A stretch of DNA of 64,000 nt from a virus. Below, piece after piece: positions 39,609-46,734 of this stretch (positions within the stretch are counted from its first letter, which is position 1; each line of letters opens with the position of its first letter). The notes beneath the pieces were generated by a model. The model did no database searches, was not told where the DNA came from, and was given only the letters and a program-made list of their open reading frames with translations. Location of the stretch: IMG/VR virus record IMGVR_UViG_3300030104_003613. One strand, 5' to 3'. The translations under genes were made by a program, and so were the position numbers.

Positions 39609-40281
39609 ATTCCTGTAATTTGAATTCAACAAACTCTCTAATATATTTGGAGAGAAGGTTGATGTACTTTCGTTTGTCATACTCTTCATAAACTTTTACC
39701 TCACCATCTTCACACGACATGATGATGACAAATTTCTTTACCATTATACCAGTCATCTCGTATAACATGCAAGCATATGCGGCACACTGTACAAAATGAC
39801 TATCAATCCAAGCGCGTGGTTTGGGTTTCTTTGCTGTCTTGAAATCAATGACAGCAAGTTCAGGTTCACCTGACTCACCAGTGTACTCGGCAATACAGTC
39901 AACACTACCAGCAACACCTAGTTCATAACTAAACAGAGATTGCTCTTGTGCGTGAATATTATCAATCTTATTCAAGGTAGGTTTTGCCTGCTTGAATAAC
40001 ATCTCTGATAAGGGTTGAACCTGTGGAATTTTAAGGTTCTTCAAATAATATTCAGTGCAGGTATGCATGTCAGTGCCCCTGCTAGTTGCTTGTTTGGTAA
40101 TTTTGTTCGCTTCATCGTTACCAACTCTTGCTCTCCATTCTCTGAAGACCTCACGTTGATAGTGACTGATGATAGATGTGATAGAAACTAACTTCTTACC
40201 ATTAGGAGTATCATAGTAACGAACACCACCAATTGTCTCTCGGGATAGAGACGGATAATCTACTTCAATTTGTGTAAACAT
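39592..40281 (-). CDS. PD-(D/E)XK exonuclease
   Basis: RYY.TP..SITS..RGT.MH..AG.VDCIAEY..VIDFKT..Q..AYA. Confidence 0.85.
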   Translation of the reverse strand: MFTQIEVDYPSLSRETIGGVRYYDTPNGKKLVSITSIISHYQREVFREWRARVGNDEANKITKQATSRGTDMHTCTEYYLKNLKIPQVQPLSEMLFKQAKPTLNKIDNIHAQEQSLFSYELGVAGSVDCIAEYTGESGEPELAVIDFKTAKKPKPRAWIDSHFVQCAAYACMLYEMTGIMVKKFVIIMSCEDGEVKVYEEYDKRKYINLLSKYIREFVEFKLQEYGKES

Positions 40282-41033
40282 TACATACCAAGTTCAAGTT
40301 TAGCAATTATGTACTCTTTTACGAGTCCACTTCTACAAATGTCTTCCGCTTCAAACTCTATTAGATCAAATGATGGCATGTTCTTAAGAATGCGAATGAA
40401 GTCTACGATTCCATTCTTCTCAGCGGTCTTTACAAGGTCAGTCTGTGTAGCATCACCACAGAAATGAATCTTGCTGCCCTCACCAACACGGGTAATCATT
40501 GAGTCCAGTTCGTGGAAGTTTAAATTCTGGAACTCATCAACGATAACGATAACATTATCAAGAGTAGTGCCTCTAATGAATGAGGTAGACCAAAAACTAA
40601 TTGTACCTTGTGCTTTGAGGTTAGCATAAAGCATTTCAAACGCATTGTCATCTGGCATCTCGAACATATACTTTACCATATTTTTATATGGAATCTGGTA
40701 AAGCGAGGACTTATCTTCATGATCACCAGGGAGAAAACCAATCTCTCTGGTGGGTACAAGCGATCTGACGATGTAGATCTTCTCGTAAGGTGTCTTGGGG
40801 TCCAAGACATCTAGGATGGCATTGTAGAGGGTAATAAAGGTCTTACCTGTGCCAGCACAACCATAAGCAACAAGGTTCTTATCCTTTTTATACTCTTCAA
40901 AGAACTTCTCTTGATTGTCAGTGAGAGGTTCAATCTTCCTGATGTAATCAAGATTGATTGGTTTCTTTCTCTTCATAGTGCGATTGCTAGTACCAAAGGG
41001 GACTGGGTTCTCTTTCTTCTTCTTAACTGGCAT
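40281..41033 (-). CDS. phoH: PhoH-family ATPase
   Basis: GCAGTGKT Walker A, IGFLPG, FIRGTT..DEFQN and GD..Q.DL motifs. Confidence 0.95.
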   Translation of the reverse strand: MPVKKKKENPVPFGTSNRTMKRKKPINLDYIRKIEPLTDNQEKFFEEYKKDKNLVAYGCAGTGKTFITLYNAILDVLDPKTPYEKIYIVRSLVPTREIGFLPGDHEDKSSLYQIPYKNMVKYMFEMPDDNAFEMLYANLKAQGTISFWSTSFIRGTTLDNVIVIVDEFQNLNFHELDSMITRVGEGSKIHFCGDATQTDLVKTAEKNGIVDFIRILKNMPSFDLIEFEAEDICRSGLVKEYIIAKLELGM

Positions 41034-41038
41034 ATGTG

Positions 41039-41290
41039 TCAATCGTAGTGCTTCAACGTTGAACCTGGTTGTTTCTGTGCCTTACCGATAACGTCCTTCC
41101 AACCTGGATGTTTGGTATAGATTTTAGAGAAAGGTTCACCCATTTCAATGCCCATTTTAGGAGCATTGTCAGGGGTATAGAATCTTTCCCAATCGGGGTT
41201 GTCATCTCTCCATTGATCCCAGTCATGAATACTCATCACAACTTCTTTGGTTTCACCAGTTTCCTTATGTTTGACAGGGTATGTTGCCAT
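41039..41290 (-). CDS. Conserved cyanophage hypothetical protein
   Basis: MATYPVKH.ETGE.KEV.MS...W.QW..DNPDW. Confidence 0.75.
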   Translation of the reverse strand: MATYPVKHKETGETKEVVMSIHDWDQWRDDNPDWERFYTPDNAPKMGIEMGEPFSKIYTKHPGWKDVIGKAQKQPGSTLKHYD

Positions 41291-41317
41291 ACTTCACCTC
41301 AAGTGTATGTATATTTA

Positions 41318-41956
41318 TTAAGACCAGTCAAGAGCACCGGCAATAGTAGGAAACTGCTCCGCAAAGATCTTCTTACAACCTTCAGCAATATCCATATGTT
41401 CTTTTTGTGTTCCATGTGCGGAACGCAATTCTATGTAATGGATCCACGAACGAACAGAGCCGCTCATGTATAATTTTGTCCCTACGGCGAGGGGAAGCAC
41501 CATTCTAGCACACTCCTTTGCCACACCAATTTCAAGCATCTGCTGATACAGTGCCATAGAAGAATCAAATAGAGTCTGCATTTGCATCTCTAGTTTCTGT
41601 CTAATAAAGGGATCAAGATCATCAGTGGAGTTCTGACGATTCTTGATGTCTTGACGACGTAGTTCAGGTAGAGAAATCTTATTGCTAAGAAGAGATGAAT
41701 CTGCGTAGCGTTGAGAAAACTCTTGGAATGTAAATGATCTGTGACGAAGCACTTGAGCTGCGATTGCTCTGGAAGTTTCTATCTCCAATGTCATAAATGA
41801 CTGTTCAAAGATACTCCAGTGCTGATGCTTAATACAATACTTAATTAGACCATCAAAGGAATCATTTCCCTGGTTAGAGGGATTACTGACGCGAGCACAG
41901 TAAGCGATATGCTTTTCGGCATCGGGTGATACCGTTACAAGTTCTACATTACTCAT
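41318..41956 (-). CDS. thyX: Flavin-dependent thymidylate synthase
   Basis: H.S.FE and RHRSFTFQEFSQRY ThyX motifs. Confidence 0.95.
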   Translation of the reverse strand: MSNVELVTVSPDAEKHIAYCARVSNPSNQGNDSFDGLIKYCIKHQHWSIFEQSFMTLEIETSRAIAAQVLRHRSFTFQEFSQRYADSSLLSNKISLPELRRQDIKNRQNSTDDLDPFIRQKLEMQMQTLFDSSMALYQQMLEIGVAKECARMVLPLAVGTKLYMSGSVRSWIHYIELRSAHGTQKEHMDIAEGCKKIFAEQFPTIAGALDWS

Positions 41957-42125
41957 CTTTTTTCATCTGTTTACGGACCTTTTTAAGTTCTTTAAGTTCT
42001 TCTTTGATGCCCTGATAGGCTGCCTCGGCACTTATCTTACCACCCATCTCCATACAAGTATAGACTTCTACCCTTGTACCAAAATGTTGAAGTGCTCTTT
42101 CAAACGTATCTAGTTCTTCGTACAT
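41949..42125 (-). CDS. Small cyanophage hypothetical protein (58 aa)
   Basis: Hand translation MYEELDTFERALQHFGTRVEVYTCMEMGGKISAEAAYQGIKEELKELKKVRKQMKKDE. Confidence 0.7.
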   Translation of the reverse strand: MYEELDTFERALQHFGTRVEVYTCMEMGGKISAEAAYQGIKEELKELKKVRKQMKKDE

Positions 42126-42127
42126 AG

Positions 42128-42301
42128 TTAATCAGGATAACCGTCATCATCATCCCACAATTCAACAAAGTCTGTGAGGGGTGCTTGATATTTAGTTTCG
42201 TTTTTAGTGTACGCTTCTACATCAGAAAATACTTCTGACTCCAAAGCATCAACTAGCAAGCGTAAGTTCCTAACTAGGAGTTTTAGTTTTTCTCTTTCCA
42301 T
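42128..42301 (-). CDS. Small cyanophage hypothetical protein (57 aa)
   Basis: Hand translation MEREKLKLLVRNLRLLVDALESEVFSD...DDDDGYPD; AGGAGG RBS. Confidence 0.7.
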   Translation of the reverse strand: MEREKLKLLVRNLRLLVDALESEVFSDVEAYTKNETKYQAPLTDFVELWDDDDGYPD

Positions 42302-42322
42302 AGATAACGTTTACCTCCTGTA

Positions 42323-42360
42323 ATTATAGGTAAAAAAAAGGGACTCGTCAAGAGTCCCTT
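42323..42360 (-). terminator. Terminator overlapping a sigma70 promoter
   Basis: GGGACTC-TTGAC-GAGTCCC followed by T8; TTGACG(42351-46)-17nt-TATAAT(42328-23). Confidence 0.7.
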
Positions 42361-42380
42361 GATATAGTTTGTAGTCTAGA

Positions 42381-42548
42381 TCACTTTTTGTAAGTCTTAC
42401 CACGATAGCAAAATGTGCCATGGGTTTCCTTACTCTCTACACAACGAGTATCATACTCAACACCACGATAAGCGGTATGAGAGATTTGAGCGTTGTGAAG
42501 TGCAGATGCCTTTTCGATCTGCTTCTTGATTAGATTGAGTGTGTTCAT
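42381..42548 (-). CDS. DUF4278-family small protein (55 aa)
   Basis: Hand translation MNTLNLIKKQIEKASALHNAQISHTAYRGVEYDTRCVESKETHGTFCYRGKTYKK, with two YRG..Y motifs; AGGAG RBS. Confidence 0.8.
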   Translation of the reverse strand: MNTLNLIKKQIEKASALHNAQISHTAYRGVEYDTRCVESKETHGTFCYRGKTYKK

Positions 42549-42581
42549 GAGTTTACTCCTGAAGTAGTTGGCGTTTTTAGT

Positions 42582-42770
42582 GCCGTTCCTTCAGTCGTTT
42601 GCGTCCCAATACCAATCACATTGTGGTGCTGATTCCTTTACGGTATCAATTAACTCTACCTTGACTTGATTATCAAGGTATTCGCTTGCCTCAATCTTCA
42701 ACATAATAGCATCAGATTGTTGACAGGTCAGTGAGGTATACAGAAGAAATTCTGCCATGGGATGAACGGC
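42582..42770 (-). ncRNA. Glutamine-II (Downstream-peptide-like) aptamer 2, interrupted by a 149-nt P2 loop
   Basis: GCCGTTCA-TCCCA-[149 nt]-TGGGA-CGCAAACGACTGAA-GGAACGGC; same layout and junction length as aptamer 1. Confidence 0.7.
42591..42758 (-). CDS. 55-aa ORF nested inside aptamer 2
   Basis: MAEFLLYTSLTCQQSDAIMLKIEASEYLDNQVKVELIDTVKESAPQCDWYWDAND, with GGAG 12 nt upstream; the ORF-track extension to 42896 crosses the promoter. Confidence 0.7.
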   Translation of the reverse strand: MAEFLLYTSLTCQQSDAIMLKIEASEYLDNQVKVELIDTVKESAPQCDWYWDAND

Positions 42771-42772
42771 TC

Positions 42773-42816
42773 CGTTCCGCGACTTACTTGCGTCCCACCC
42801 TAGAGCGGGATGAACG
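42773..42816 (-). ncRNA. Glutamine-II (Downstream-peptide-like) aptamer 1
   Basis: CGTTCA-TCCCGCT-CTAG-GGTGGGA-CGCAAGTAAGTCGC-GGAACG, upstream of a DUF4278 gene, the usual context for this motif. Confidence 0.75.
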
Positions 42817-42824
42817 TATGGTCT

Positions 42825-42853
42825 ATTATAGACCTCATATATTATATAGTCAA
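42825..42853 (-). promoter_or_regulatory. Sigma70-type promoter for the riboswitch leader
   Basis: TTGACT-17nt-TATAAT; predicted start site 1-3 nt before aptamer 1. Confidence 0.8.
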
Positions 42854-43035
42854 GCCCCTTCCGTATATGAAATAGTGATACGCTTGCTGACCTCACCCCT
42901 GCTGTTTACCACTGTGGTATACTGAACTTCCCCGTTTAGAAGTTTACATATATCATCTGCTAGTCTTCGCGAGATTACTTTGTTAGTCTCCTGCTGCCAT
43001 TTCTTTTCATTCTGTTCTCTGATATCTTCAGTCAT
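42850..43035 (-). CDS. Hypothetical protein
   Basis: 61-aa ORF in a tightly packed minus-strand run. Confidence 0.6.
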   Translation of the reverse strand: MTEDIREQNEKKWQQETNKVISRRLADDICKLLNGEVQYTTVVNSRGEVSKRITISYTEGA

Positions 43036-43283
43036 TTTCGTCTATCGAAATGAGTTTTGTTTTTGTATTCTTCCCTTTCTTCACTGGTGTATATACCAAT
43101 CTTTTCCCACATTTCCGCCACCATATCTTTTTGAGGAGGCGTTTCTATGTGCGGAGCTTTTCGTGATTCCTCCTGCCACTTGTCAATTTGCTCTTGAGTT
43201 GGAACAGTAATTCTAAGCATAGTGCCGTCTTCCTCCAACTCTTTATTCATATCAATATATGTTTGGGGGGTGATTTTAATCAT
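43032..43283 (-). CDS. Hypothetical protein
   Basis: 83 aa, ATGA overlaps with both neighbours. Confidence 0.65.
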   Translation of the reverse strand: MIKITPQTYIDMNKELEEDGTMLRITVPTQEQIDKWQEESRKAPHIETPPQKDMVAEMWEKIGIYTSEEREEYKNKTHFDRRK

Positions 43284-43450
43284 TTTTTAGATTCTCTTTC
43301 ATCAAGTGCTTCATTGATAATTTGTTTTAACTCAATACGTTCTTCTGGTGTAAAGATTGTACGGTGCTTTACTGGCATAGGAGCATAACTACTTGGTTTC
43401 TTTGATTTACCAGGAATACTCATGCCTTGTGTATCAATTTTGTCCTTCAT
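43280..43450 (-). CDS. Hypothetical protein
   Basis: Start trimmed to MKDKIDTQGMS, just after the stop of the upstream gene. Confidence 0.6.
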   Translation of the reverse strand: MKDKIDTQGMSIPGKSKKPSSYAPMPVKHRTIFTPEERIELKQIINEALDERESKK

Positions 43451-43451
43451 A

Positions 43452-43766
43452 TCAATCTCTCTGCCTCCAATCGTCAGGTTTGTCAACGTGAAACCAATTA
43501 ACCATATCATCCGTATCCTGGAACCCTGTCTTGTGATTGGATGGATCAGGATCCCCAAGTCCCATCCTATTCATAAAATCATCCATGGACCCCTCCTGGA
43601 TATCTTGACTCGCCTGACGACGTGCCTTCTTTAACATCTCATTTGCTGTGGTATTGGCTTTAGCTAACTTCTGTGCCCATACCATATCATCTAATTTAAC
43701 ATCTTCATTGTTAGCGATACACTTACAGATGAATTCTAACCTGAGTCGATAATGGGTGGAAAGCAT
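43452..43766 (-). CDS. Conserved cyanophage hypothetical protein
   Basis: MLSTHYRLRLEFIC..DM.WA.KL..GLGDPDP..DWRQRD; AGGAG RBS. Confidence 0.75.
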   Translation of the reverse strand: MLSTHYRLRLEFICKCIANNEDVKLDDMVWAQKLAKANTTANEMLKKARRQASQDIQEGSMDDFMNRMGLGDPDPSNHKTGFQDTDDMVNWFHVDKPDDWRQRD

Positions 43767-43787
43767 ATGTCTCCTTCGATATTTTAT

Positions 43788-43952
43788 TTATTTTTGTTGA
43801 GATAATAACCAACAGGGTTTACACATAGAACCAACCCAAATGTGTAGTTCTTCGTTCCAACAACCAAGTGTAGGACACTTATTGGCCGGGGTCATCTGAC
43901 CACATACGCAACACTCTGTCTCCCACATTTTCCATACTTCATCCTTGTCCAT
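43788..43952 (-). CDS. Cys-rich micro-protein (54 aa)
   Basis: Hand translation MDKDEVWKMWETELCVCGQMTPANKCPTLGCWNEELHIWVGSMCKPCWLLSQQK; fills the intergenic gap. Confidence 0.5.
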   Translation of the reverse strand: MDKDEVWKMWETECCVCGQMTPANKCPTLGCWNEELHIWVGSMCKPCWLLSQQK

Positions 43953-44148
43953 TGGATTTTGCTTCTTTTTTAGTTTTAAAGTAGAGTTTATAATACTTTG
44001 GTTTCATTTCCTCAATGACTTTCATATCATCATAGAAACCCATAAACTTGAGGTGTTGATAGGTTCCTTCCATCTCACTGATAAGCATCAGGATGTTGGT
44101 GGGAGTAACCTCCCTACCCCCAGGTTCGTAATCAGAGAGACTCTTCAC
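43939..44148 (-). CDS. Hypothetical protein
   Basis: 69-aa ORF in a packed run. Confidence 0.6.
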   Translation of the reverse strand: MKSLSDYEPGGREVTPTNILMLISEMEGTYQHLKFMGFYDDMKVIEEMKPKYYKLYFKTKKEAKSNGQG

Positions 44149-44317
44149 TTCCCTCTTTTATCATCTTAGAGACTACATTCTCTGTTCCGTCCATAGTCTT
44201 GACAGCAAACAAACTAGACTTCTGATACTTCTTGATCTTCTTATACTTTTTAAGAAGAGTTTGAATTTGATCAGGTTCCATGTCTAGACCCTCAAAGTTA
44301 ATATCAAATCCTTTCAT
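44132..44317 (-). CDS. Hypothetical protein
   Basis: Start trimmed to MKGFDINF. Confidence 0.6.
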   Translation of the reverse strand: MKGFDINFEGLDMEPDQIQTLLKKYKKIKKYQKSSLFAVKTMDGTENVVSKMIKEGSEESL

Positions 44318-44589
44318 TTCTTTTCCTTCTCCTTTTCCTTCTTTGCTCCTGGTGGATTCCAAAGTTTAGAACTGATGCGTCCTTCTGCCTGTGTGATGTT
44401 AATCAAATCTTTCTTGTACTTATCATAGTACATATCAAAGATGTCAACTTTCCTACCAGACAATACGATATCAAATTTACTCAAGTCTTCTACTTTGTAC
44501 TCAACCATGTAAGCACTAACAGGGAGTGACTTATCAAGCGATGCTGACGGGTCACAATCTTCCGAGATTACTTTTACAGTATTTGCCAT
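44314..44589 (-). CDS. Conserved cyanophage hypothetical protein
   Basis: DCDPS...DKSLP..Y.VEY..DIFD.YYD.Y; start at MANTV. Confidence 0.65.
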   Translation of the reverse strand: MANTVKVISEDCDPSASLDKSLPVSAYMVEYKVEDLSKFDIVLSGRKVDIFDMYYDKYKKDLINITQAEGRISSKLWNPPGAKKEKEKEKK

Positions 44590-45041
44590 TAAGAGCGTCC
44601 TCCCCATTCAATATCTTCATACGCAGATTCTACCACAGGTTTGGTGAGTTTGAACTTCTTACCCAGTTCCTTATCCTTCACAAGGCAAAGGATGTCTGCT
44701 TCATCAGGATGAAGACCCTCTAGCATTTGAATAAACATGCTTTCTCTACGAGTCTTTGAAAGAGAATCATTACCACCTTTCACAAAGTGATAGAGATTCC
44801 TCCACTCCTTACGCAGAGAGGTATGGTCGGTGCCAAGAGGTGCTTCACTCTTGTTATATGGAACCACACCATCTGGAAGCAAAGAGATAACAGTGTCATC
44901 AAAGTTCCAGATGAGAATTGCGGTGAGAGCATCATTACGATGCTCTTTTAATAGTTCAACCTTCTTATCTCTGCTTCTTGCCTTGCTGACTTCAGCAAGG
45001 ATTTCATGCATAAAAGGATTAGGTGGAAGTTTTGTAGACAT
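44589..45041 (-). CDS. Conserved T4-like hypothetical protein
   Basis: EIL..VSK..WNFD....LLP.G.VPY..RE.MFIQMLEGLHP.EA. Confidence 0.75.
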   Translation of the reverse strand: MSTKLPPNPFMHEILAEVSKARSRDKKVELLKEHRNDALTAILIWNFDDTVISLLPDGVVPYNKSEAPLGTDHTSLRKEWRNLYHFVKGGNDSLSKTRRESMFIQMLEGLHPDEADILCLVKDKELGKKFKLTKPVVESAYEDIEWGGRS

Positions 45042-45064
45042 GATTTCAATTCAGGTTTGGTTAT

Positions 45065-45286
45065 TTATTCTTCAGATTGGAAGTCGTCAAGTGTATTTTC
45101 AAATCTCACTGCCAGAATATCATCTGGGATAATCTGACCATTCTCATCAAACATTTCCGGGTGTGTTGGAATGTATGTTGAGTTTCTTTCAATTACATAT
45201 TCTTTTAGTAGGTATCCGACGACTCCACCTACTATCAAGAACATAAACGAAATAACTGTAGACAGTGTAAGGGTAACTGCTAACAT
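45065..45286 (-). CDS. Membrane-anchored hypothetical protein
   Basis: N-terminal TM helix, then HPEMFDENG. Confidence 0.7.
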   Translation of the reverse strand: MLAVTLTLSTVISFMFLIVGGVVGYLLKEYVIERNSTYIPTHPEMFDENGQIIPDDILAVRFENTLDDFQSEE

Positions 45287-45299
45287 GATTCTCCTCCCA

Positions 45300-45542
45300 T
45301 CAGTGAGACTCTTTCTTTTTAAAATCTAAACTGAAGTCTAGATTGATGTTGATCTCTCTACGGAAGAGGGAGAACATCTTACCAAACTTCATTTGAAAAG
45401 TTTTAGGTGGTTCTGTCCTCCTTTTATTTCTGAGTAACAACTCAACCCCTCTGTTAATTTGAGAGGGTGAATCATCAGTGATTTTATTTAGAGGACTTCC
45501 TCCTCCTTCCAGGTTTCTTTTCTTGTTCATAACGCCAAGCAT
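45300..45542 (-). CDS. Hypothetical protein (start uncertain)
   Basis: INRGVELLLR..FRREI basic ORF. Confidence 0.5.
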   Translation of the reverse strand: MLGVMNKKRNLEGGGSPLNKITDDSPSQINRGVELLLRNKRRTEPPKTFQMKFGKMFSLFRREININLDFSLDFKKKESH

Positions 45543-45843
45543 CTTGAAGGATGCTTTCTAGGTAGTTTTTGATCTTTCGTGCTTCTGGTTTTCCCAGATA
45601 ACCATAGGCTTCTCTTAACTGTTTGTGTTGATCATCGGAACCACCTTCAAGGTAATCCTCTAGATCATAGATTGTAAGTGTAATATTCTGAGCGGTAGGA
45701 CCTTCTAGAAACTCCTGAACATCCCGTCTCGTCATGTTTTCATTTTTAAGATAAGCATACATGTCGAGCATAAATTTATGATTATCTGCGAATGCATAAT
45801 CAATTGCGTGTTCCACGATATCTACGAAGTTTATGTTGTCCAT
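45484..45843 (-). CDS. Conserved cyanophage hypothetical protein
   Basis: VEHAIDYAF..YLEGG..QLREAYG..KPEARKI. Confidence 0.7.
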   Translation of the reverse strand: MDNINFVDIVEHAIDYAFADNHKFMLDMYAYLKNENMTRRDVQEFLEGPTAQNITLTIYDLEDYLEGGSDDQHKQLREAYGYLGKPEARKIKNYLESILQDAWRYEQEKKPGRRRKSSK

Positions 45844-46089
45844 TTACACTAGATTATTTTCTTTGAGATAGATGACAGTTTCCTTACATCCTCCTAAAGA
45901 TTTATCATTACAGAGAACTTGAGGGAAAGTTGTACCCTTTCCAAACTCATCATAGAATTCCCCTCTTGTAAAGTCTTTACCAAGTTTATACTCCACGAAT
46001 GACAGTTCTGCCAATTGTAGCGCACCGATTACCTTTGTACAATAGGGGCAACCAGTTTTAGAATAAACGGTGAAGATATTCTTTCTCAT
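45844..46089 (-). CDS. nrdC: Glutaredoxin
   Basis: CPYC active site; TFPQV..LGG. Confidence 0.9.
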   Translation of the reverse strand: MRKNIFTVYSKTGCPYCTKVIGALQLAELSFVEYKLGKDFTRGEFYDEFGKGTTFPQVLCNDKSLGGCKETVIYLKENNLV

Positions 46090-46244
46090 GATTGTGTGTT
46101 AGATTTGTGTTTATGTTTGTAGGCACAGGCACGTCTTGCCCAAGACCTTGAAAGACTATTTACATAACTACAAGCTTCATTAATTTTACCACAGTAAGGA
46201 CATGCTGACCCAGCTGGGTCAGGTGGATTTCTGATCTTCGACAT
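46086..46244 (-). CDS. Small Cys-containing protein (52 aa)
   Basis: Hand translation MSKIRNPPDPAGSACPYCGKINEACSYVNSLSRSWARRACAYKHKHKSNTQS; ATGA overlap with glutaredoxin. Confidence 0.5.
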   Translation of the reverse strand: MSKIRNPPDPAGSACPYCGKINEACSYVNSLSRSWARRACAYKHKHKSNTQS

Positions 46245-46485
46245 GGTGTGCCTTTAAATCTGGATTGGGTTGTGAGGGTTCAAAAGGTGTGCGATCAAGG
46301 TTCTTGATGACAATAAAAGCATCCTTATTGTACTTACGAACACCAAAAGGTGTTGCCCATTTCTCGTTATAGTTTTCACCCTGGTGAATGCCACTGACAG
46401 TGGTGCCACCAATCTCTACAACAATGTTGTCATTAGGATCCCATCCTAGGGTGTCCATGGTCTTTGCGATTTCAGAAGCAAGCAT
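46219..46485 (-). CDS. Conserved cyanophage hypothetical protein
   Basis: VEIGGT.VSGI..KW..P.G.RKYN.DAFIVIKN. Confidence 0.65.
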   Translation of the reverse strand: MLASEIAKTMDTLGWDPNDNIVVEIGGTTVSGIHQGENYNEKWATPFGVRKYNKDAFIVIKNLDRTPFEPSQPNPDLKAHHVEDQKST

Positions 46486-46509
46486 AAAAAAGGAGGGTTA
46501 GACCCTCCT
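46486..46509 (-). terminator. Rho-independent terminator
   Basis: AGGAGGG-TCTAA-CCCTCCT followed by a T-run. Confidence 0.65.
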
Positions 46510-46515
46510 AGTATA

Positions 46516-46734
46516 TCAATCTTTATCTTGCTTGTAAAGGTCTTCTAGACGTTCCCTTGATAGGTCAACGTACATAACCTCTTCACCTGCTGCGGGTGCC
46601 TCTGGATGACGTTTGGACTTGATCGGATCATTCATTGTAGTGATTGATCTGATGTTAGCCCACATCATGGCAAAGGCAGCACCACCAATTAAAGCAAAGC
46701 ATACACCATATACAAACAAAAGGTAATGATTCAC
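46516..46734 (-). CDS. DUF2973-like membrane protein
   Basis: TM helix then RHPE..GEE..YVD; coupled to psbD. Confidence 0.6.
   Translation of the reverse strand: MNHYLLFVYGVCFALIGGAAFAMMWANIRSITTMNDPIKSKRHPEAPAAGEEVMYVDLSRERLEDLYKQDKD

Noticed and set aside
39592-40281. Cas4-like nuclease as a sign of a CRISPR system
   Set aside because: It is a core T4-like cyanophage exonuclease; no array or cas genes are seen in the window.
41015-41042. TTGACA at the stop of ORF 41039 as a phoH promoter
   Set aside because: No -10 box at 16-18 nt; that position lies inside phoH.
42759-42896. N-terminal extension of the 101-aa ORF in the track
   Set aside because: It runs through the promoter and aptamer 1; the ATG at 42758 has an RBS and fits the transcript.
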